Of a stretch of 64,000 nt of DNA, positions 54,387-62,800 are shown piece after piece (position 1 is the stretch's first letter; each line of letters begins with the position of its first letter). The translations under genes were made by a program, and so were the position numbers. Origin of the DNA: a virus; the IMG/VR virus record IMGVR_UViG_3300023174_004998, positions 1 to 64,000 of that record. One strand, given 5' to 3'. The notes beneath the pieces are model-generated. The model searched no databases. It worked only from the letters and a program-made list of their open reading frames with translations, and had not been told where the DNA came from.

Positions 54387-55204
54387 TATTGTTCTTCCAA
54401 GTAATCTTCGTTTTGTGTTGTACGCATACGACGTCTGTTGAGATACATCTCACAGGCCATCACAGCATGATCCAGGCTTTCAAACTTTGCTGAATGCGGT
54501 TTATTCTTTATGGTAATACGGAAACCATCATCTTCGTTTCCGTGTATCTTGATTTCTTTACCATCATCAGTGACGATGGTTTTCACAGCAGAAGTGATCT
54601 TGTCAATGTCCTGCGGTACTTTGTCTTTGAGATCAGAGTCTGATTTGATTTCTTTTGATAGATCAGATAGATAGTCGCCCAGTTTCTTTTTTACAGTGGA
54701 GATGACATCCTCAGTGGCCTTGGCTTCCGACAAACTTGAACCGGCCAGTATTTGTTCAACACTGCGCACATAGGCTGATACATCACTGCTGCCAATTTCG
54801 TCTACATCGCCCACAAACTCAGCAACATCACGTGCGGCATCCATCACTGCCTGTGGACCATAACGGCCCAACAAACTGGTGTGTTGCATCATGATACGAT
54901 GCAAGATAGCACGTTCTACTGGGTTGTCATTATCTTCGCTTTCCAAAAATGATTTGGTATCTGGATCCACACCATCAGGAGTCTCATCTGCTCCAGTGTC
55001 ACCTACTTCGCTACCCCAACCTGTTTCGTCCCCTTCGCCAACCAAATAACCTTGTGTGGCGTTCTTGCCAGGATATGGGCCTGACAACTGTGGTGACGTG
55101 TTACGAGGCTTAAACAACGCAGGTAATTGCTTGACGCTTTTTTGTGCGGCGTCAATGCTTTCTATGCGATTGAACGATTCAAGTATCTTGCGTAGGTCTG
55201 CCAT
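54386..55204 (-). CDS. Putative internal protein (MADLRKILE leader)
   Basis: Modules after LVGE, FLE, LSE. Confidence 0.6.
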   Translation of the reverse strand: MADLRKILESFNRIESIDAAQKSVKQLPALFKPRNTSPQLSGPYPGKNATQGYLVGEGDETGWGSEVGDTGADETPDGVDPDTKSFLESEDNDNPVERAILHRIMMQHTSLLGRYGPQAVMDAARDVAEFVGDVDEIGSSDVSAYVRSVEQILAGSSLSEAKATEDVISTVKKKLGDYLSDLSKEIKSDSDLKDKVPQDIDKITSAVKTIVTDDGKEIKIHGNEDDGFRITIKNKPHSAKFESLDHAVMACEMYLNRRRMRTTQNEDYLEEQ

Positions 55205-55206
55205 GA

Positions 55207-55647
55207 TTATGCTCTTGCGTCTTTTAAGAAACTCTTGAGTTGCCATGCATACTTGCCATGACTGTCTTGACGTTCTGCCATGAAGTTGGCAATGTCCTCA
55301 CGTCCTTCGGCCTGTGCGACTTGAAATACTTGCATCACAATGCTCTTCATTGTTTCTGTATCTGCCAATAATTCTTCTAACATTAGTCGAGCACGTGGAA
55401 TCTTTGTCTGTCCAGGAATTTGACTGAGTTCATTGAAACGCTCTAGGCTGCCTGGTGCATAGTCTTCCAAGGTGCGAATGTACTCAGCAATCTTGTCTAC
55501 AGCACCATATGCATCTGCATAGATTTCAGCAAAAAATTCGTGCAATTGAGCAAAGTCTGGACCTTCCACATTCCAGTGGAACATCTGTGCTTTTAAGTAA
55601 TAAGCAAAATTACTGGCTAATAGAGTTTTCAAATCGTCTGACAGCAT
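55207..55647 (-). CDS. dps: Dps-family ferritin-like protein
   Basis: HWNVEG..F..LHEFF, VD.IAE.IR, H.K..WQL. Confidence 0.9.
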   Translation of the reverse strand: MLSDDLKTLLASNFAYYLKAQMFHWNVEGPDFAQLHEFFAEIYADAYGAVDKIAEYIRTLEDYAPGSLERFNELSQIPGQTKIPRARLMLEELLADTETMKSIVMQVFQVAQAEGREDIANFMAERQDSHGKYAWQLKSFLKDARA

Positions 55648-55792
55648 TGGGTTTCTTCTTTCTAGAATTCTTTTTATATTTATCCGCAGGCACTATAGGC
55701 TGGGTTCTTGACAACACAGCACCCATGGGCATGGCAACAGTGGCTATGCCGCCGCTAACCGTGGTTTCTGCTATAAATTCATGCGCTCTCAT
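55610..55792 (-). CDS. Small putative internal protein (MRAHEFIAE leader)
   Basis: Last five leader residues (EFIAE) match T4 IPII/IPIII MKTYQEFIAE. Confidence 0.6.
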   Translation of the reverse strand: MRAHEFIAETTVSGGIATVAMPMGAVLSRTQPIVPADKYKKNSRKKKPNAVRRFENSISQ

Positions 55793-56078
55793 TGACGATC
55801 TCAAAGGTTTTTGAGTCAATGACTTGTGCAGGGCCATTGGATACTTTTAAGTTGCGTATTTTAAATTGACAGTCTGGATCGCCAAGATTATCTACTCTTA
55901 TAGTGTATTTTCCTGGTGGCGCATCTAGAGATATATTTTCTTCAAGATACTGTGTACCGCCCCAGATATAGGTACGCTCTGTGAATAGCTCATGATTCAC
56001 ATATAATCGATAAACTGGGGGCACCTTTTTCCAATCACAAAAAAGGTCTAGGTTTACTTTTACAAAATGTTTACGCAT
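55779..56078 (-). CDS. Hypothetical beta-rich protein (start MRKHF)
   Basis: TAAATA 5 nt upstream. Confidence 0.6.
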   Translation of the reverse strand: MRKHFVKVNLDLFCDWKKVPPVYRLYVNHELFTERTYIWGGTQYLEENISLDAPPGKYTIRVDNLGDPDCQFKIRNLKVSNGPAQVIDSKTFEIVNESA

Positions 56079-56106
56079 ACAGATATTTACCGCATGCGTA
56101 ATTGTG

Positions 56107-56847
56107 TCATTTATGAAAGTTGTCGTACCAGCTGGCTTGCCTACTGAGTTGTATACCACGTTGGCGTTCAGCTTTGTTGCCTGATTTTTTCATTTTGTTG
56201 GCTTTGGCTCGCAGGCGCTTTAGATCTGTTTGACTTAACTTTTCTCCAGAACCCTTGCCCAAATAGGCAGCGGCTTTGCGTTTGATGCTACCTGGGCGGC
56301 TACCGGGCTTGGCAGCTCCGGTAAAATCTTCCACGGTATTGAGATAGGATACAAGTGTTTCGTTCATGCCAGACTCCTGAAAAATAGGACCTTGAACAGT
56401 GTTACCACGCTGTCCAACAATGACTTGATTAAGGTGTTGTGCCCATTCTGGATTTGCATCAAAATGGCGTCGACGTAGTCCCAAAGGAAATAAATGTACT
56501 TCCACAGGATCGTCACCTTCGCTTTGCAGTATGGCCATCATTCTATGGCGGCCATCATGCCCAACTACTCTAGCTGGTTTAGATAAATTGTTTGATTCCC
56601 AGCCCTCGGGTATGTCTATTTCCAAGAACGGTGCGCCAATGCCTTCTGTATCTTTGTGTTGTTTGACATATTCTACAGCTTCTTGATCTTGTGGAGTATT
56701 GGGCATGGGCAATGCCAACTTTAAGAAAGTACTGGGACGCATGGCTACTCGCAGTCCAAAGTAGTCAATTTCTTGATTCTTGGGAACACTACCAATGCCT
56801 GATTGGTTGTTGATCTTGTATTCGTCAATAAACTCGTGGGATCTCAT
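56107..56847 (-). CDS. Putative internal protein: ParB/Srx-like domain plus basic module (MRSHEFIDE leader)
   Basis: VVGHDGRHR motif. Confidence 0.65.
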   Translation of the reverse strand: MRSHEFIDEYKINNQSGIGSVPKNQEIDYFGLRVAMRPSTFLKLALPMPNTPQDQEAVEYVKQHKDTEGIGAPFLEIDIPEGWESNNLSKPARVVGHDGRHRMMAILQSEGDDPVEVHLFPLGLRRRHFDANPEWAQHLNQVIVGQRGNTVQGPIFQESGMNETLVSYLNTVEDFTGAAKPGSRPGSIKRKAAAYLGKGSGEKLSQTDLKRLRAKANKMKKSGNKAERQRGIQLSRQASWYDNFHK

Positions 56848-57164
56848 TAGCGCACCCGTAACACAGGATTGCGCCCGTGGTAGTTTTCGTTGTGATACAC
56901 AGTATTCAACAACAGCTTGTTGGGATCAAAGGCCGACCTCATCATGCCAAGATGTATGTTGTGGTGACTGTCAAAAACATTGAACTGTGTGTTAGGTTCC
57001 AACTCTTTGATGTGTCTGCGAGCACGATCTAATCTGTTGAGTATGCCTACGATTATGGGCATAGAGATTCCACGCTTTTCAGCACGATTGTCCAAGTGCG
57101 GACTCACACGTATGCGGAATCCACCTGCGTTGAGATCTTCAGTGACAAATTCTTGAGCTTTCAA
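56847..57164 (-). CDS. Putative internal protein, possible RNase-toxin-like fold (MKAQEFVTE leader)
   Basis: SPH..RA..RGI..LNTVY; TTG start. Confidence 0.55.
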   Translation of the reverse strand: MKAQEFVTEDLNAGGFRIRVSPHLDNRAEKRGISMPIIVGILNRLDRARRHIKELEPNTQFNVFDSHHNIHLGMMRSAFDPNKLLLNTVYHNENYHGRNPVLRVR

Positions 57165-57343
57165 CGCACTCTCCTGATGGCACCAATGTGATGATCTTCT
57201 ATACCATACTGTGCTTTCAATAACTGGCGTGCTTCTGCTTGATTGTGAGCATACACTGACACTTCAATCCTACCTGTGTAGTTGGGATTGCTGATGGTAA
57301 TTTTAGCCAACCAACGGTGTCCTGTGAGTTCTTTTGCTCGCAT
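57161..57343 (-). CDS. Small protein with MRAKEL leader
   Basis: TAAGTA 7 nt upstream. Confidence 0.55.
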   Translation of the reverse strand: MRAKELTGHRWLAKITISNPNYTGRIEVSVYAHNQAEARQLLKAQYGIEDHHIGAIRRVR

Positions 57344-57356
57344 AATGTATTACTTA

Positions 57357-58247
57357 TTAGTTTGTCTCAAAGTTCTTTTGAACGCGATATGTTTCGTCCG
57401 GGAACTTGGCCAAGTAAGCGTCAATCATGTGATCGAAACTACTGCCAAATCTGGCTTTCAAACTTTTCAAGCTCACTGCCTGATCTTTTTCGTTCATGAA
57501 CTGACCTGTTTGTTCGTTGTTGATGATATAGTCTTCACCACGATCGTGATATATTTCCAAATAATCACTGTCATTGTACACAGGCAGATCGCCAATGCTG
57601 TAGTCAAACCACAGCTGATACTTTTCACCTGGATGTTGAGGTTGTTGCGGTACAACTATCAGCAGGGGTGTGTTTTCAGCATAGTTGTTGAAATAGTTCT
57701 TGCCTTTGGTTGCCGCTGTACACCAGCGTGTGCCTTGCCCATAGTAACAGGCCGCGGCTTGATCGTAGGGCATGATCACTCGAACTTGCTGATCCTGATA
57801 TATTTCTTCAGCCTGTCCTTTGTCTTTTAACTCAGGTGCTTCGGGATCTGGATATTCATCCATCACACTCATGAAGTCACCAAAGTTACTGTAGCCCAAG
57901 ATATCATTTCTGGGTGCTGGTATTTTTTTTCTGCGAGTTAATACATAGAACTTTTCCAAATATTCACGCACCTGTGTGAGTACATCTTCAAGAAATGTTT
58001 CACCTTTGATGTAGGTACGAGCCAACCAAGGCATGTACTGTTTGTTGGGTGAAGGGTCTGCCAGTTCCAACATGCGGATCAAAGCTTCTATAGTATCATC
58101 GTCGCTGTCTTGTGGGCCAAGATCACGACCCAGTACTCTGCGTATGCGGCCCGGCCCTTCTCTACGGAATGTGTTCAGCACTTGAGTTCCCAGGCGTTGC
58201 TTGGTTATGTCACGGCTGTATTCTAATAGGAATTCCTGGGCTCTCAT
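57357..58247 (-). CDS. Putative internal protein, PcfJ-like (MRAQEFLLE leader)
   Basis: ADP..NKQY..WL; AACYYG.GTRWCTA..F..Y. Confidence 0.6.
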   Translation of the reverse strand: MRAQEFLLEYSRDITKQRLGTQVLNTFRREGPGRIRRVLGRDLGPQDSDDDTIEALIRMLELADPSPNKQYMPWLARTYIKGETFLEDVLTQVREYLEKFYVLTRRKKIPAPRNDILGYSNFGDFMSVMDEYPDPEAPELKDKGQAEEIYQDQQVRVIMPYDQAAACYYGQGTRWCTAATKGKNYFNNYAENTPLLIVVPQQPQHPGEKYQLWFDYSIGDLPVYNDSDYLEIYHDRGEDYIINNEQTGQFMNEKDQAVSLKSLKARFGSSFDHMIDAYLAKFPDETYRVQKNFETN

Positions 58248-58444
58248 TTCTTTCGCCCCGATTTCATATTGGCACACCAATGGTACATCTTGGCACGTTC
58301 GCCAGAAGCATTTTTAGCACGTCGACGTAGATCAGTTACACTGCCCGAGCAACTGGCACCTGCACGTTTTACACGGCCTGGGCGACTTTTTCCTTTGACC
58401 CGACCGTCGGCAAAGTTTTCCGTTACAAATTCATGTGCTCTCAT
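58244..58444 (-). CDS. Small basic putative internal protein (MRAHEFVTE leader)
   Basis: CTS-like leader plus K/R-rich module. Confidence 0.65.
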   Translation of the reverse strand: MRAHEFVTENFADGRVKGKSRPGRVKRAGASCSGSVTDLRRRAKNASGERAKMYHWCANMKSGRKK

Positions 58445-59217
58445 AAACTAAAAGGATCCATTATAACTAAATGACCATCGCTTCTACGGCGCAGGTTTTC
58501 TATGTTGCTCAAATCTAACGGTGCATGACCGCCCAAGGCGTCAATGAGATCTTCAGTGGCCATGAGCAACCCTTGGACTTCGTCGTCATCCAACTCAGGA
58601 GGCATTGGGTTATTCTGTTGATAAGCATCAGCATATCCACGTGCCGCCGCGTTCATCAAATCTTCAAGGTATTCCAATGTGGCTTCTTCATTGGCCACAT
58701 AGTCCAGATATTCCATTTCATACACAAAATAAGTTTCACCGTTGAGAGAGAATTCACCTGTGTTGTAGATACGAGGATAGTAGGGATTGCGCTGATTGCG
58801 TAGGAAAAACGCTACATAATCTCGAACAATCTTTTCACGTTCAGGATCACCAATGCCCAGCACTTTGACCACTGTGTTCCTAGGACTGACAAATGCCATC
58901 TGATCGCGGCCTTCGCCAGCAAACTGATACCCACGTTTGAAAAAGTAGTCTTCAATGTGTTGGCTGACTGTGAGTTCGTCATCAGCGTTGATTTCTGTAA
59001 GTCCTTTTTTCTTGGCAAAGTCAATTTGACGCAACATGGCATTGATGTCTACTGGATCACGCCCACGTACTTTTAAATCTGTTTCTAAGTCCTGTGGTGA
59101 TGGATCATCTTTTCTCAGCATGCCTGGGTGGCGAGCAAGACTGGGCCTTTTAGTAGTAGGCGGCACAATGGGGGTGACAGGAGTTATGACTTCAGTTACA
59201 AACTCTTGGGCTCTCAT
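58441..59217 (-). CDS. Putative internal protein with protein-kinase-like domain (MRAQEFVTE leader)
   Basis: GEGRDQMAF, VVKV, P.IY, MEYL, DL...EN, LVIMDP. Confidence 0.6.
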   Translation of the reverse strand: MRAQEFVTEVITPVTPIVPPTTKRPSLARHPGMLRKDDPSPQDLETDLKVRGRDPVDINAMLRQIDFAKKKGLTEINADDELTVSQHIEDYFFKRGYQFAGEGRDQMAFVSPRNTVVKVLGIGDPEREKIVRDYVAFFLRNQRNPYYPRIYNTGEFSLNGETYFVYEMEYLDYVANEEATLEYLEDLMNAAARGYADAYQQNNPMPPELDDDEVQGLLMATEDLIDALGGHAPLDLSNIENLRRRSDGHLVIMDPFSL

Positions 59218-59807
59218 GATCCCATCCACCGTGCTATCATTGTGGTGCGAGCACTTGAATACACACCAGTGCCACGTCGAGTGCTACGCATGCTTCGGCT
59301 ACCAGGTTCTACAGGAAATGTAAAACGAGTCCAAGTTTTGTTTTGATCTACTACGTTGTCTCCAGGCCGTGGACGATATTCTGGAGTGCGTTCCATGGTA
59401 TAGCCTTTGACTTCTACTCCTGGTATGGAGTTTAACATAAGCCACATGGCTTGTCCGTGCTTGGTTTGTGTGTCTCCAGCTTCCAATGTAAGTTTGAGTA
59501 TGTTGAGAGCAATACCATACAGAGCCTTGCCCAATCCTCGACCACGATAGTCAGGATCTGTGGCCACAGTTTCCACTTGCCAGGTTTTCAATGGATCAAG
59601 AGTTGCGCCAAGATCCAGTTCCGCAACCAGGGTGTCACCGTCAAAGATCATGATTTCCATAAATTCAGGATCTTTTTTGTTTACAGCATAGGTATAGCCA
59701 CTGCCGCCTGGCAAAGGTTTTTTCTTTATTTTATAGTCAGGTTGTCTCAATGTGTCTTTGTCACCAAAGTCACCTTGTGGTATGCGGGCTATTTCGTAAA
59801 ATCTCAT
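59214..59807 (-). CDS. GNAT acetyltransferase (MRFYEI leader)
   Basis: V..DPDYRGRGLGKALY, QT..G..MW. Confidence 0.75.
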   Translation of the reverse strand: MRFYEIARIPQGDFGDKDTLRQPDYKIKKKPLPGGSGYTYAVNKKDPEFMEIMIFDGDTLVAELDLGATLDPLKTWQVETVATDPDYRGRGLGKALYGIALNILKLTLEAGDTQTKHGQAMWLMLNSIPGVEVKGYTMERTPEYRPRPGDNVVDQNKTWTRFTFPVEPGSRSMRSTRRGTGVYSSARTTMIARWMGS

Positions 59808-62800
59808 ATCATCACCGGTAATACATCCAAGGCACCAGAGTAGTTGTTTTCTCTGGCCCACATTGATGCTATCCTGTTGGCATCACCTTGATTGTTGCCC
59901 GCTCCACTGAATCTATACAGTTCACGGCCAGCACCATCTACAACTTGCCACTGCCCAGAAAATTGATTACCAAATGGTGCACCACTGGATTGAGGGAAGT
60001 TTTGTGCAACATCTGGTTCAATGTCTTGCACATGGCGTCGAAGCTCTGCAGACCAATCACCTATTCCTCCTGCAGGTTGCGGTTCACCTATTCTAGCTTT
60101 TAAATCTCGAGAGTCTTGAGCATTGTCTGCGGCTCGCTTGACATCCTGTGGTTGAATTTCTAAATCGTCAGCATTCTCAAAGTCGTGAAGTACAGCCACT
60201 CGGGCTAATAGTTTTTGTGCTTGATCTTGATCAACACGCAGTATACTATCAATCACACGACCTGTGGGTTTGTAAACAACATCCCAATTGCTTTTTTGTT
60301 TGGGTTCTTTGATGCGCTTGGCCATTTGAGCGCGAGCACTTAACTTTTTCTCTGGCTCAGGAGTGTTGTCGGGTCTGCGATATACCTCGTAATCGTCAGA
60401 AAGTCGATCTCCGTATTCGGCCTGGACCTTTTCTTTGGCACGATCAATGTCACCAGCTCTAACAGTCAGTATGATGTCACCGTAGCTATCCATGACATCA
60501 AACCAAGGTTGTTTTAACCGCACATCCAACTGACGTGGGTCGTTGCTGTATTTTCTGGTATATTGATCGTATGCAGTATCGTAGTCACGAGCATAAAATG
60601 TATCAATGATTCCATCAGGACTATTTTTATTAGCCATGTCGTAGACTTCGTATTCTTGTTTGCCAGTGGTAGGTATTTCTTTTTGTAGTACAGTATCAGC
60701 CCACTGTTTCTTGAGTTGTTCTTTGTCAATGGTACCTGCTGAGTATTCAGAAAACAGTTTCAGTGCGTCATTCTGCGCACCTGGTGATATTAACTTGTAG
60801 AGTTTTTTAGCATACTCTCGGCGCTCAAGATCTGGACGGCTGGCAATGTACATGGCACGAGCAAAACGCAACATGGTATCTTTGATATCGTCCCATTCGC
60901 CACGACTCTCCATGGAGAGATAATCGCCACCCGGTGATCGGAATTCAATATAGCCATCCTGTATGTGCGCCGATGTGTATTTGCTAGTACCCACACCTTG
61001 CTGAACATAACGAGCAGCCAACTCAATGAGATTCTTCTGTACTAACTCCAATGCGCCCATTGGATCTGTTTTGGCTTCTGTGAGGTCGCCACGATTTCTA
61101 GCACCCTGTATGTTTTGTTTGAGTTTGCCCATGGCCGAAGCCGCATAGGTATTCGAAGCACGACCAAACTTGTCCAGTATGTACTCGTCACCCATGAACA
61201 GCACTAATTTAACATAGTCAACATCTCCGCCCACATAGGGTATAGATATGCCCATGTGCAGGCCTGTGCTGGAGTTGGTGTAGGCATCAGCTTCGTTTTG
61301 TGCCCACTCTATTACGTCTTTGAGCTTGTCAATGGTTTCCAACAATGGCATAGGTGGACTAACAATTTCCAGCCCCATGTCGTCGCCGTCATCAGGATCT
61401 AAACTACCGTCGGGTTCAATGATCCAGCGACCTTCTTTGCGTGTGGTTGAGTGATAGTTTCCGCTGACTTTGACTTCCATGCCCACCGCTTGTTGAAGAC
61501 TATCGCCAATTTCACTCCAGTCACGGTCTCCACCTCCGGATCCACCTCCGGTCCAGTAAGGCCAGTCAAGAGTATTTGAGTTGGCAATATCGCTCATGTA
61601 ACCATAGCGATCGCGCAAGAAATCACGCTCATCGTAGTCACCTGAGTCTCGCATCATTTCAAAATAGTATTCGCGAGCATTGTCATAGTATTCGCCTTGG
61701 CTCTCTACTTCACTAATGACTTCAGTTTCAAAATCTTCATGTGCGGCATCTGAGGCTTCTTGATACTTTTGATACAATTCGTTTTGTTTGGCATAAGCTG
61801 TTTGATCACTGCTTCTTGTAAATCTTGGTGCATCCTCGCCAGCTTGTAATATTGCTTGTGAATCATCGTCGGGAAACAGTTCATCTATTTTGTCAGCAAT
61901 GCGTTTTTCACGTTCTTCGTCATCACTCCAGACATTGGTTTCCATGTAGTCTCGGACTTGATCTTCAGCGTTTTCGCTCCAAGACTCTGCAATTTGTTCA
62001 TCTGCCCATTCAACAAATTCTTCAAAAAGTGTGTCGCGCAGATCTCGAGCACCGCGACCACTTAGACCATAACCCCAGTCATCGTTGGAAAAGAAGTCTA
62101 TGACATGATCAATATCGTCTGCACGTTCATCATAGTCATAGTCCGGCTCCATATCACCTTCGTCATCGTCACGCTTGGTATCACGGAAGATCAATTCAGC
62201 TTCAAAGCCAGCACGTATGCCTTGTGCTTCAGGACTACGAGCCCAGGCTTCCAAGGTGCCGGTGTTCATCCTTACTTCGTTTATGGGTTCAAATTCGCCA
62301 GACTCTTTGAATTCTTTCAGGGCATTGGCCAAGTTCTTCATCAACAAGTCAGGACGACCTTGACTGTCTGTTTGCAAGCCTAATTTATTGGCTTCCTTGC
62401 CCAACTGTCCAGGTTTGATGTCCACTGTGAGTGCTGTTTTAAATCTTGGATCTCGGGCCTGTTTCTTTGTGGGAATATAACCTGATGCATTTTCACGCAC
62501 AGGTGCAGGACCTTGTATCACAACCACAGCACGGAACTGACCACCTAGGTCATCGGCTTCATGTTCTACAGGGCGCCATTCGCCTATGGAAATAGGACCA
62601 TATCTTCGGTTAGCGTCTGCGTAAGCGGCGTTGAGTGCGGCTTGATAAGCGTCTTCACGTGTACGTCCAATGCCGTTGGCTGCCACACGTTCACCTTGTG
62701 CTTGTGGTCCACCCCAGATGCGTTTTCCACCCACACGTATTTCTTGATTGCCACGTGCTAGATCTCTTGCTATGCCTTTTAATTCTTCTTCGGCTCCTGC

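Noticed and set aside
55205-55246. MATQEFLK as another targeting leader
   Set aside because: It overlaps the dps 3' end, has no second Glu, and a better coupled start exists at 55204.
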